64,000 nt of DNA from Limisphaerales bacterium (GTDB lineage Bacteria > Verrucomicrobiota > Verrucomicrobiia > Limisphaerales > JBBRWD01). Positions within the stretch are counted from its first letter, which is position 1. Every line of letters begins with the position of its first letter. The notes under the pieces were generated by a model, which was not told the DNA's origin, made no database searches, and saw only the letters and a list, made by a program, of their open reading frames with translations. Location of the stretch: NCBI GenBank assembly GCA_038249465.1, contig JBBRWD010000003.1, positions 102,355 through 166,354 of the forward strand, written 5' to 3'. The translations under genes were made by a program, and so were the position numbers. Shown in pieces: positions 27,063-37,100 of this stretch.

Positions 27063-27219
27063 TTTGGAGTGCGGTGACTTGTCACCGCTTTCGCCAAGGC
27101 GACTTGTCGCCGTTTACGGTCAGGTTGCGCCCATCCTGACCACGAGCCGCTGGACGCGGCTCTGCCGGAGCGACCAGTCGCTCCGGCGGAAAAGCGGTGA
27201 CAAGTCACCGCACTCCAAA
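27063..27219. mobile_element. MITE-like element, family C, copy 1 (157 bp, perfect 29-bp TIRs)
   Basis: Left TIR 'tttggagtgcggtgacttgtcaccgcttt' and right TIR 'aaagcggtgacaagtcaccgcactccaaa' are an exact reverse complement. Internal palindromes 'ggcgacttgtcgcc' and 'gcgaccagtcgc' are present. Confidence 0.6.
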
Positions 27220-27245
27220 GGCGGACGGCTCCGGCAGATGCCGCT

Positions 27246-29420
27246 TCACTTCGCCGGCACGAACTGCACCGCGTCCACCACCACGTGTCCATCGGTGCCT
27301 TTGTTGGACACATTCACGGTCACCGCTTTGCCCGCCGCGAGGGTGACGTGCCCGAGCGAGAAACGGCCGTCGCCAGTTTTCTGATTCACCTGCACCAGCT
27401 TCGCCGCTCCATCGGCGAGCGTGACGGTGACGGGCACCCGCGTGGCGCGATTCGGATTCGGCGGCCACACGAGAAAGACTTCGAACTCGCCCGCCGAGGG
27501 AATCTCCGGCGTGAAGGTCAGCGTGCAAGCGCCCTTGTGCTGGTTGTTGTCGTGCAAATAGCCATGGCCGGCGCGGAACGGCAGGCTCGCCGCTTCAAAC
27601 CAGTCGCCAGTGCGCGCGGCATCCGCGTCATCCACCACGATGCCGTCCAGTTTTCCCACGGGCCGCGTGGCGCCAGAGGCGGGCGCGTTGGTCCAGTCGA
27701 GAATCTGTTTGTCCGCGAGCAGGCGTGCGCGGAGTTTCGCGTAATCCACCTGCTGCACCGGCACCCGGCCATCGATGGCCATCGCGGCGGCGGTGGCGGA
27801 GGACTGCCCGAGGATCATAAACACCGGTTCCATGCGGATGGAACCGTAGGCGATGTGCGAGGCCGCGAGGCACACCGGGGCCAAGAGGTTGTCGCACTCG
27901 GCCGCCTTGGGCACGATGGCGCGGTAGCTGATAGGGTATGGCTTCATCGGCGGCACCTGCACGTCGCCCTCGTTCTCGGCGCGGCCGTTGCGGGCCACGC
28001 GCTGGCAATTGTGCGAGTCCATGTTGTAGGCGGCGAGGCCCACGGAGTCCGGCGCGGTTTCCTGGAGGCGGCAGTTCTTCTCCGTCATCACGTAATCCGA
28101 AATCATGCGGCGCGCTTCGCGCACGTAAAGCTGGCGCGGCCAGCCGGCGGTGTCCGCAAATTCATCCTTGGCCGGACCCCATTGCTGCATCTCGCGACGC
28201 ATCGACTCGGGCACGCGCGGACTGGTGGCGAGGAAGGTGATGAAGCCGCGAATGTAAGTTTCGTGCTCGCGGGCGAGGCTCTCCCGACCGGCATAGTCCG
28301 CCGCCGGGAATCCCCAGTTCATACCGATGTAGTCGGTCGAGAACCCGCCGTTGTTGTTGATGTCGGTTTTTTGGTTCGGCATCCAGATGGGATTCCAGAA
28401 CTGCGCCAGCCGCGGCGTTTTCCCCGCGGCGACGAGGGCTTCGAGGTAGCGCGCGAGCAGTTCAAACTTCGCGGGATCGTAGTCCGCCGGCGGCGTGACC
28501 GGGAGCCGGCCATTGGCAGCGCGCTGAAGTCCGGCAAAGCGTTCATTGGACATGCCCTCGGGCTTGGTGGCTGGAAGGCGCAGCGCGTCATTGGTGGTGA
28601 AGCAGAGGCGATAGTTGTAAGTCTGCACGCGGGAATCACCCTCGCCAGCCTTGCCGGGATCGGTGCCCTGGATGAACGGCAGCAGTCCGCTCGTGGGATC
28701 GCCGGGCTTGACGTAGGGATCGACCGCCACGGTGAATTGGTGGTGCGGCGTGGTCGCGCGGATGCCATTGAGCGTCTCGCCGTAGGTCGCATTGGCTTCC
28801 CGGCCGACGTGAAACGAAACTCCAGCGCGGTCCATCAGGTCGCCCTCGTAGGTGGCGTCGATGAACATTTTCGCGCGATACACCGTGCTGTCCGCTGTGG
28901 TGATTTCCATGATGCGTTTGCCATCCTTCTTCACGTCGGCGAGGCGCTGGTTGAGACGCACCGGAATCTTCGCCACGCGCAGCATGTCCGCATAGACGCG
29001 GTCGGCGACGGACGGCTCGAAGGTCCACATCGTGGCATCGGCCGAACTGAGGTCCGAGGCGTTGGCCTGACCGCTGCCGCGTTTGGTGAAGTAGTCGGCG
29101 CGGGTCTCCCATTTCCACGCGTCATCCCTGGCGTAGTGCTGCGCGATGCGGTGGTAGAACTCGCGCGAGATGCCGCCGATGGCCGCCTTGTTGCCGATGT
29201 CGGTGGCGCCAAGTCCGCCCGTGGTGAGGCCGCCGAGGTATTTTCCCGGCTCGACGAGCACGACGGATTTTCCCATGCGCGCCGTTTGAATCGCGGCAGC
29301 GATGCCACCCGAGGTGCCGCCGAAGACACAGACATCCGATTCGACGACGGCGGCGGAGACGGTGGTGGCAAAGGCGGTCAGGCAGTTGAAGAGAAGAAGT
29401 CTGGCGCGGAGGGTTTTCAT
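27246..29420 (-). CDS. secreted FAD-dependent oxidoreductase with C-terminal beta-sandwich domain
   Basis: Signal peptide followed by the Rossmann dinucleotide motif 'VCVFGGTSGGIAAAIQTARMGKSVVLVE' (GxGxxG). Confidence 0.7.
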   Translation of the reverse strand: MKTLRARLLLFNCLTAFATTVSAAVVESDVCVFGGTSGGIAAAIQTARMGKSVVLVEPGKYLGGLTTGGLGATDIGNKAAIGGISREFYHRIAQHYARDDAWKWETRADYFTKRGSGQANASDLSSADATMWTFEPSVADRVYADMLRVAKIPVRLNQRLADVKKDGKRIMEITTADSTVYRAKMFIDATYEGDLMDRAGVSFHVGREANATYGETLNGIRATTPHHQFTVAVDPYVKPGDPTSGLLPFIQGTDPGKAGEGDSRVQTYNYRLCFTTNDALRLPATKPEGMSNERFAGLQRAANGRLPVTPPADYDPAKFELLARYLEALVAAGKTPRLAQFWNPIWMPNQKTDINNNGGFSTDYIGMNWGFPAADYAGRESLAREHETYIRGFITFLATSPRVPESMRREMQQWGPAKDEFADTAGWPRQLYVREARRMISDYVMTEKNCRLQETAPDSVGLAAYNMDSHNCQRVARNGRAENEGDVQVPPMKPYPISYRAIVPKAAECDNLLAPVCLAASHIAYGSIRMEPVFMILGQSSATAAAMAIDGRVPVQQVDYAKLRARLLADKQILDWTNAPASGATRPVGKLDGIVVDDADAARTGDWFEAASLPFRAGHGYLHDNNQHKGACTLTFTPEIPSAGEFEVFLVWPPNPNRATRVPVTVTLADGAAKLVQVNQKTGDGRFSLGHVTLAAGKAVTVNVSNKGTDGHVVVDAVQFVPAK

Positions 29421-29478
29421 GGGAAAAAGGGACTAACGGTTAAGCGGTAAACCTAAAACGCCGGCGAGGGCCGACAGG

Positions 29479-29595
29479 CGTAGCGCAGATTTCCAATCTG
29501 CTGTATCGCCGAATTCTATTCGGCAGATCGCACGAACCTGCCGGCACCTGCGGATTGGAAATCCGCGATACAGCAGGTTGGAAACCTGCGCTACG
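29479..29595. repeat. 117-bp element E: 31-bp near-perfect inverted repeats (29/31) flanking a 55-bp core with internal palindromes
   Basis: Left arm 'cgtagcgcagatttccaatctgctgtatcgc' and right arm 'gcgatacagcaggttggaaacctgcgctacg'. The core contains 'ccgaattctattcgg' and 'cggattggaaatccg'. It lies between the CII-like gene 3' end and the FAD-oxidoreductase 5' end. Confidence 0.55.
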
Positions 29596-29641
29596 AGTTT
29601 TCGGCACGCGATCCGGCAAGGGAGTTTGCAGTGCATCTGGG

Positions 29642-30130
29642 CTAACGAGTGGTGGACAGGCTGGCGGCGGGATTCCGGATCGGATCAAAGTTCCCCTCTT
29701 CGCAGCAGCGCACGAAGGTTTCGGTGACCGACTTCAGATCCTCCCAGCGCGCACGAATTGTCTTCGCCTCGTCCGGGGTGATCTTGTTGTCGCCCGCTGC
29801 GGTGGCGATGACGGCGAGCAGGTCGGCAAATTCCTGCACGATGTTGTTCGTGGCGGGAATGAGGAAGTCGGGATGCGCGTGGGTCGATTTCGGATTACGG
29901 ATGAAGAAGCCGCCGGCGCGCTGGCAGACCCATTGCACGATGCGCTCGTCGCCGGTGGAGCGGACGAGGTCCTCGATGCGGTCGAGCGGATTGGTGGCGC
30001 CACTGCCGGAGTTATCGACGGGCGGCTCGGCCCACTTGTAAATCATCGAGAGCGAGAGTCCGAGATCGGCGCTGATCTGCTTGGCGCTGTTATTCTGGAG
30101 GACTTCGCGCAAGAGTTCATGGGAGTGCAT
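29642..30130 (-). CDS. phage CII-like (CP76-family-like) HTH regulatory protein
   Basis: HTH 'AKQISADLGLSLSMIYKWAEP' followed by 'IVQWVCQRAGGFFIRNP', resembling the phage 186 CII family layout (HTH then '...LVDGFLAQIHCLPCVP'). The start was set at the internal Met 'MHSHELL'. Confidence 0.45.
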   Translation of the reverse strand: MHSHELLREVLQNNSAKQISADLGLSLSMIYKWAEPPVDNSGSGATNPLDRIEDLVRSTGDERIVQWVCQRAGGFFIRNPKSTHAHPDFLIPATNNIVQEFADLLAVIATAAGDNKITPDEAKTIRARWEDLKSVTETFVRCCEEGNFDPIRNPAASLSTTR

Positions 30131-30316
30131 GGCGGCGGATGCTAGAGCAGCGCGCGGGGCTGGCAAGCGGGGAGTGAATGGCAGGAGCTTCAGCCTGCGA
30201 CGGAAATCGCGCCCCAATTTGTAACTGCGTTGCCAGCCGTTTTCCCATTCACTGTTGTCGCATCAAACGACGCGGCGAGGAAAACCCGCACCGCGTTGCC
30301 ACGGAAAGGAAATCCT

Positions 30317-30544
30317 ATGTTTGCTTTAATGCTGGGCGGTTTGGAACTCCTGCTGGTTCTTGGCGTGGGAGTGCTGGGAACCGTGTTCTGGATTTGGATG
30401 CTGATCGATTGCGCCACCAGGGAGCCCAGCACAGGCAACGACAAGGTCGTATGGATCCTGGTCATCGCGCTGACGCATTGGATTGGAGCGTTGATCTATC
30501 TGCTCGTCCGACGGCCGCAGCGCATCGCGCAGACCGGGCGATGA
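30317..30544 (+). CDS. small membrane protein, PLD-nuclease N-terminal (PLDc_N)-like
   Basis: 'VFWIWMLIDCATRE...KVVWILVIALTHWIGALIYLLVRR' matches the two-helix PLDc_N pattern. A good RBS 'aggaaatcctATG' precedes the start. Confidence 0.5.
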   Translation: MFALMLGGLELLLVLGVGVLGTVFWIWMLIDCATREPSTGNDKVVWILVIALTHWIGALIYLLVRRPQRIAQTGR

Positions 30545-30632
30545 ATGGCGCGGCGGCGGGAGTCTGCTTTCCCGCTTGCTAGCGGCACGGGCCGACTCTT
30601 AACTCTGATCAAAACCAAGTGCGTCTCGCTTT

Positions 30633-31193
30633 ATGGAGTTCATTGTTTATCTCGTCTGTCTCGGAGCGGGTTTGCTCTTCACCCTCCTCTCCCTCGTCGC
30701 CGGGCACCTCTTCGGCGGCGGCCACGATGGACACGACATCGGCAGCAGCGGCCATGCAGAGGCGGGCGCCGACGCGACGGATGGCCCGGGCATGTCGGCC
30801 TTCAGCCCGACGATGATCGCGGCCTTCATCATGGCATTCGGAGGGTTTGGCGTCATCTTCCACCAACTCCCGGCCACTCATTCCCCGTGGCTGAGTGCTC
30901 CGCTGGCGGTGGTCTGCGGTTTCCTGGCCGCGGCGGGGCTGCTGTGGATTCTTCGGCAACTTTTTAGCAAGACGCAGAGTTCGAGCGAATCGCACGTTGG
31001 CACCCTCGTCGGCATGAGCGCCACGGTCATTTCGCCCATCCCGCAGCACGGCGTGGGCGAGATCGCCTACGTGCAAGGCGGCTCGCGTTACACTGCTCCG
31101 GCGCGCACCGAATCCGGAGGCGCGGTGGCCGGAGGCCAGACAGTCAAAATCAACCGGGTCGTCGGCACCTCGTTCTACGTCGTGCCGGTTTGA
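30633..31193 (+). CDS. NfeD-family membrane protein (flotillin-associated, C-terminal OB-fold)
   Basis: N-terminal TM helices, a Gly/His-rich linker and a C-terminal beta-rich domain ('GVGEIAYVQGGSRYTAPAR...VVGTSFYVVPV'). It lies directly upstream of the flotillin gene. Confidence 0.6.
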   Translation: MEFIVYLVCLGAGLLFTLLSLVAGHLFGGGHDGHDIGSSGHAEAGADATDGPGMSAFSPTMIAAFIMAFGGFGVIFHQLPATHSPWLSAPLAVVCGFLAAAGLLWILRQLFSKTQSSSESHVGTLVGMSATVISPIPQHGVGEIAYVQGGSRYTAPARTESGGAVAGGQTVKINRVVGTSFYVVPV

Positions 31194-31235
31194 ATTTTTT
31201 CGGCAGCAGACAACCCATCAACCCATCCCCAACCC

Positions 31236-32765
31236 ATGATCCTCAGCCCACTCTTCGCGGATTTAAGCTCGCTGCTCGGCGGCGGCATCATCCCGCTCGT
31301 CATCGTCCTGCTCGCGGTCGGCGCCGTGGCCATCATCTGGATGGTCCTGAGCCGCTACACCAAGGTCGGCCCCAACGAAGTGCTCGTCGTCTCGGGACGC
31401 AAGCACCGCTACCTCGATCCGGACGGCTCTCCGGTGGCGCGCGGCTTTCGCATCGTCAAGGGCGGCGGCACCTTCGTGTATCCCATCGTGGAGAAGGTGG
31501 ACATCCTCTCGCTCGAGTTGCTCACCATCGATGTGCAGACGCCGGAGGTTTACACCAGCAAGGGCGTGCCGGTGAAGGTGGACGGTGTGGCGCAGATCAA
31601 GGTCAAGGGCGACGACGTCTCCATCGCCACCGCCTCCGAGCAGTTCCTCAGCAAGGGCGTCGAGAAGATCAAGAACATCGCCATGCAGACACTCGAAGGA
31701 CATCTGCGCGCCATCCTGGGCACGATGACCGTCGAGGAGATTTACCAGAACCGCGACGCCTTTGCCTCGAAGGTGCAGGAAGTGGCCGCGGGCGACATGG
31801 CCAACATGGGCCTCGGCATCGTCAGCTTCACCATCCGCGACATCCGCGACACGCAAGGCTACCTCGACGCGCTCGGCAAACCGCGCATCGCGCAGGTCAA
31901 ACGCGACGCGCAGATTGCGCAGGCCGAAGCCGACCGCGACGCGATGATCAAATCTTCGCAGGCCACGCAAGCCGGGCAGGAGGCGAAGTTCCAGGCCGAC
32001 TCGAAGATCGCCGAGGCGCAGCGCGATTATCAGTCGAACGTCGCGTCCTACCAGGCCACCGTGAACCAGAAGAAGGCGGAGGCCGACCTCGCCTACGATC
32101 TGCAGAAGTACAAGACCGGCCAGCTTGTGAAGGCGGAAGAGGTGCAGGTGCAGATCATCGAAAAGCAGAAACAGATCGAGCTGCAGCAACAGGAAATCCT
32201 CCGCAAGCAGCGCGAGCTCGAAGCCAACGTGCAGAAGCCCGCCGACGCCGAGCGCTACAAGGTGGAGACCCTCGCCAACGCGAAGAAATTCCAGCTCGAA
32301 ACCGAGGCCGCGGGCGCCGCCGCCGCCACCAAACAAACGGGTTTCGCCGCCGCCGATGTCGCCAAAGCCACCGGTCTGGCCGAGGCCGAGGCGAACAAGG
32401 CACGCGGTCTGGCGGAAGCCGCCGTCATCGAGGCGCAAGGCAGGGCGCAGGCCGAGGCGATGAAGCAAAAGGCCGAGTCGTTCAAGCAATACAACGAGGC
32501 GGCGGTCATCGAAATGATCGTGCGCGTGCTGCCCGAGGTGGCGGGACGCATCAGCGAACCGCTCAGCAAGACGGAGAAGATGGTCATCATCAATTCCGGC
32601 AGCGGCCCCGGCGGCGGCGCGAGCAAGCTCACCGGCGACATCACGCAGATCATCGCGCAATTGCCGCCAGTGCTGGAGAGCCTGACGGGCGTGAAGTTTG
32701 AAAAACTTCTCGAACAAGTGCCGGCGCTGAAGAATGCGATGAAGAAGGATGAGCCGAAGGGGTGA
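31236..32765 (+). CDS. flotillin (SPFH/band-7 domain, FloT/YqiK-like)
   Basis: N-terminal TM then an SPFH domain ('VGPNEVLVVSGRKHRYLDPDG...VYPIVEKVDILSLELLTIDVQTPEVYTSKGVPVKVDGVAQIKV'), followed by a long EA-rich coiled coil ('AEADRDAMIKSSQATQAGQEAKFQADSKIAEAQRDYQ'). Confidence 0.75.
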   Translation: MILSPLFADLSSLLGGGIIPLVIVLLAVGAVAIIWMVLSRYTKVGPNEVLVVSGRKHRYLDPDGSPVARGFRIVKGGGTFVYPIVEKVDILSLELLTIDVQTPEVYTSKGVPVKVDGVAQIKVKGDDVSIATASEQFLSKGVEKIKNIAMQTLEGHLRAILGTMTVEEIYQNRDAFASKVQEVAAGDMANMGLGIVSFTIRDIRDTQGYLDALGKPRIAQVKRDAQIAQAEADRDAMIKSSQATQAGQEAKFQADSKIAEAQRDYQSNVASYQATVNQKKAEADLAYDLQKYKTGQLVKAEEVQVQIIEKQKQIELQQQEILRKQRELEANVQKPADAERYKVETLANAKKFQLETEAAGAAAATKQTGFAAADVAKATGLAEAEANKARGLAEAAVIEAQGRAQAEAMKQKAESFKQYNEAAVIEMIVRVLPEVAGRISEPLSKTEKMVIINSGSGPGGGASKLTGDITQIIAQLPPVLESLTGVKFEKLLEQVPALKNAMKKDEPKG

Positions 32766-32808
32766 GGCTCCGCCGTGACACGCGCGGAGTTCATCGAACT
32801 GAGATCGT

Positions 32809-33381
32809 ATGGCCCGGCGCAATGAATCCATCTTCGGTTCGGTGGTCGTCCTGATTCTGGGCGGCGGCTTCGCCATTTTCTGGATCAGCAGCGCGTCCAG
32901 GCACGGCGCGCCGGCGTTCTTTCCGCTCTTTGGAATTGCGTTCCTTGCCATACTCGTGATTTCCGTCGGCGGCTCGATTATCAAAATCCTTGGGGAACGA
33001 GCCAACAACCAAGCGGCGCCGGTGCTGACCGCTGACGCCGTCGTAGCGGCCAAGCGCCTGCAAGTCGTAAACCGCGGCAAGTCCCACTCGACCGAATACT
33101 ATGCCACGTTCGATCTCGGCTCCGGCGAACGCATCGAACTGGAACTGGACGGAAAGCAATACGGGTTGCTGGCCGAAGAAGACAGAGGCGCATTGCGCTA
33201 CCAGGGAACATGGTTCCTGGACTTTGCCAGACAGGCCGGAGCGGCGCCTGCCGAGCAAGTCATTGTTCAATCCAGCTTGGTTTGCGAATACTGCGGCGCG
33301 GTGAATCCGCCGAGGACCGCCCGGTGCGCCGGTTGCGGTTCGGGCAGGCTCACGCCGATGGAGCCCAAGGTTGAGACATGA
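32809..33381 (+). CDS. membrane protein with C-terminal zinc-ribbon (CxxC...CxxC)
   Basis: Two TM helices, a soluble domain, then 'CEYCGAVNPPRTARCAGCG'. It is co-oriented with, and 4-nt overlapped by, the next gene. Confidence 0.4.
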   Translation: MARRNESIFGSVVVLILGGGFAIFWISSASRHGAPAFFPLFGIAFLAILVISVGGSIIKILGERANNQAAPVLTADAVVAAKRLQVVNRGKSHSTEYYATFDLGSGERIELELDGKQYGLLAEEDRGALRYQGTWFLDFARQAGAAPAEQVIVQSSLVCEYCGAVNPPRTARCAGCGSGRLTPMEPKVET

Positions 33382-33920
33382 TGGAGAATGCGACCACCAA
33401 AGTCTGCCCAATGTGCGCCGAGACAATCCGGAGCGCCGCAAAGGTGTGTCCGCATTGCCGCCATTGGCAGACGAAATGGTCGTTTCAGAATCCGCAGATC
33501 GGGGTGACGATTTGGGTGGTTTTATTCTCAACAGCCATGATTTGCATGGGGCTCTTTTTGGAGAAACTGTTCGGTCCGAAAACGCCATTCGCGGACTACC
33601 GCAATGAGCTGTCTGTCGTCAGTTCTGAGGTCAGCCGTCGCGTTTCAGGAAGCAACGTGCTGGTCACCGTCGTCGGGACTCTCACCAACCGGAGCAGCAT
33701 CGCATGGAAGGACGTTGGCGTGGAGGCGCAGTTTCTGGACAAGGCTGGGAAGCTATTCGATGCCATCACCGTGAATGCAAACGATTACCGAGGCGTGGCC
33801 GTCCTGCCGCACGGCAGCGTTGCCTTTAAGGTCGAGGGCAGAGCGGCCCGACCTGAATCGGATTATCAGAACTGCAAGGTGTCGGTGAGGTGGGCCAAGG
33901 ACGCCGACGCGTGGCCTTGA
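33378..33920 (+). CDS. membrane protein with N-terminal zinc-ribbon and periplasmic beta domain
   Basis: 'CPMCAETIRSAAKVCPHC' zinc ribbon, one TM helix ('IWVVLFSTAMICMGLFL'), then a soluble domain. Confidence 0.4.
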   Translation: MMENATTKVCPMCAETIRSAAKVCPHCRHWQTKWSFQNPQIGVTIWVVLFSTAMICMGLFLEKLFGPKTPFADYRNELSVVSSEVSRRVSGSNVLVTVVGTLTNRSSIAWKDVGVEAQFLDKAGKLFDAITVNANDYRGVAVLPHGSVAFKVEGRAARPESDYQNCKVSVRWAKDADAWP

Positions 33921-34199
33921 TTTCAGAAAGCAGGGCCACGCTGCAAAGCCGGAGATCGCATTGCTCTGCCTCGCTTCCGCTGAAAGCGTTCCGCAGCGGT
34001 GACGGGGAACCATTCTTTCTCTCTTTGCCCCTTCCCGGCCATCACACCGCCAAAAAAGGGTGAACATTCGGCAAGCACGGTGAAGCTGTCCCCCCTGCCC
34101 CGCTCGTAGCGTTTCCTCCATGTTGCCGGGCGTCCGAAATCCTTCCGGCGACTTTTCCCCGGCCCATTTCGGGCCGGTTGTGTTGAACCGTTTTGGAAC

Positions 34200-37100
34200 A
34201 TGAAAGAGAAAGTCTATTTAACCCTGGATGGAAACGAGGCCGTCGCGATGGTGGCCTACGCGTGCAACGAAGTCGCCTGCATCTACCCGATCACCCCGTC
34301 GTCAAACATGGGGGAATGGTGCGATCAGTGGGCTTCTGAAGGTCTTAAGAACCTTTGGGGCACCGTGCCTTCGGTGACGGAAATGCAGAGCGAAGCCGGC
34401 GCGGCCGGCGCGGTCCACGGCGCGCTCCAGAGCGGCGCCCTGACCTGCACATTCACCGCGTCGCAGGGCCTGCTGCTCAAGATTCCCAACATGCTCAAGA
34501 TTGCCGGCGAACTCACGCCGACCGTCTTCCACATCACCGCCCGCGCCATCGCCACGCATGCGCTGTCAATCTTCGGCGATCACAGCGACGTGATGCTGGC
34601 GCGCACCACCGGATTCGCCATGCTCAGCTCGGCGTCGGTGCAGGAGGCGATGGACTTCGCGCTCATCGCCCAGGCGGCGACGCTCGAATCCCGGATTCCC
34701 TTCGTTCATTTCTTCGATGGCTTCCGCACCTCGCACGAGGTTTCCAAGATCGAAGTCGTCACCAACGACATCATCCGCGAGATGATCGACGACAATCTGG
34801 TCAACGCCTTCCGCGCCCGCGCCATGACGCCGGACGCCCCGGTGCTGCGCGGCACGGCGCAGAATCCTGACGTGTTTTTCCAGGCGCGCGAGGCCTGCAA
34901 TCCCTTCTACGACGCCTGCCCGGACATCGTGCAGAAGGCGATGGACAAGTTCGCCGGACTGACTGGCCGTCACTACAAATTGTTCCAGTATGACGGTCCC
35001 GCCGATGCGGATCGCGTCATCATCCTGATGGGCTCGGGCTGCGAAGCCGCGCACGAGACGATGGATTATCTCAACGCCCGGGGCGCCAAGGTCGGCCTGC
35101 TCAAGGTGCGCCTGTTCCGCCCGTGGGACATCAAGCGTTTCATGGAAGCGCTGCCCGCGACGGTCAAATCCATCGCCGTGCTCGACCGCACGAAGGAAGC
35201 CGGCGCGCTCGGTGAACCGTTGTATCTCGACGTGATCGCCACGCTGACCGAGGGGTTGGCTGCCGGCCTGGGAACGCTCCAGTCCATGCCGAAGGTCGTG
35301 TCCGGTCGTTACGGCCTTTCCTCGAAGGAATTCACGCCGGCCATGGTCAAGGCGGTCTTCGACAACCTCGCGGGGGCCAAGCCGAAGAACCATTTCACCG
35401 TCGGCATCAACGACGACGTCACGCACACCAGCATCGACTTCGACCCGGAATTCTCGACCGAATCCGACAAGGTGGTGCGCGCCCTGTTCTACGGTCTGGG
35501 CTCCGACGGCACCGTGGGCGCGAACAAGAACTCGATCAAAATCATCGGTGAGAACACCGACAACTACGCGCAGGGCTACTTCGTGTATGACTCGAAGAAG
35601 GCCGGCGCGGTGACGGTGTCGCACCTGCGCTTCGGGCCGTCGCCCATCCGCTCGACCTACCTGATCAGCAAGGCGAACTTCGTGGCCTGCCATCAACCGA
35701 CGTTCCTCGAGCGCTTCGACATGCTCGGCACCATGGTGACCGGCGGCACCTTCCTGCTGGCGACGCATCATTCCAAAGATCAGGTCTGGGCGCACCTTCC
35801 GCGCAAGGTTCAGGAGAGTCTCCTCGCCAAAAAGGCGAAGTTCTACGTGATTGATGCGAACAGGGTCGCCCGCGAAACCGGCATGGGCGCGCGCATCAAC
35901 ACCATCATGCAGACCTGTTTCTTCGCTCTCTCGGGCGTGCTCCCGCGTGACGAGGCCATCGAGCAGATCAAGTACGCCATCAAGAAGACCTACGGCAAGA
36001 AGGGCGAGGAAATCGTCAAGAAGAACATTGCCGCGGTGGACCAGACGATCGCCAATCTCTTCGAGGTCACGGTGCCCGCCACGGTCACCAGCACGGTGGA
36101 GATGCCGCCCGTTTTCCCGGGCGCGCCAGAGGCCATTCGCGCCACCCTCGGCCGCATTTACGGCGGCGAAGGCGAGATGCTTCCGTCCAGCGCCTTCCTG
36201 CCGGATGGCACGTTCCCCATCGGCACGGCGAAGTACGAGAAGCGCAACCTCGCGCTGGAGATTCCCGTGTGGGACGAGAAGACCTGCATCCAGTGCGGCA
36301 AGTGCGTCATCATCTGTCCGCACGCGTCCATCCGCATGAAGGTGTATGAACCGGCCGCGCTCGCGGGTGCGCCGGCAACCTTCAAAACCACGGAATCGCG
36401 CAATCCCGACTTCAAGGGCCTCAAATACACCCTGCAGGTCGCGGCCGAGGATTGCACCGGCTGCGTGCTCTGCGTGGAGGTCTGCCCGGCCAAGAACAAG
36501 AGCGAGCCGAAGCTCCGGGCGATCAACATGCGCCCGCAGGAGCCGTTGCGCGTGACCGAGCGGGCGAACTTCGACTTCTTCCTCAACCTGCCCGAGTACG
36601 ACCGGCGCAAGATCAAGATCGGCCAGATTCGCTCGCAGCAGATCATGCAGCCGCTGTTCGAGTTCTCCGGCGCGTGCGCGGGCTGCGGCGAGACGCCCTA
36701 CATCAAGCTGGTCACCCAGCTCTTCGGTGACCGCATGATCACCGCCAACGCCACGGGCTGCTCCTCGATCTACGGCGGCAACCTCCCGACGACGCCCTAC
36801 GCGAAGGACAACAACGGCCGCGGCCCGACGTGGAACAACTCGCTCTTCGAAGACGCCGCGGAATTCGGCATGGGCTTCCGGCTCTCCATCGACAAGCAGG
36901 CGGAACTCGCCCGCGAACTCGTGGCCAAGATCGCTCCGCAGATTGGCGACACGCTGGCGCAGGGCATCCTGAAGGCCGAGCAGCGCGATGAGGCCGGCAT
37001 CTTCGACCAGCGCGAACGCGTGGTCGCGCTCAAGGCGAAGCTCAAGACGCTGAATTCACCTGAAGCAAAATTCCTCACCGGCGTGGCCGACATGCTGGTG

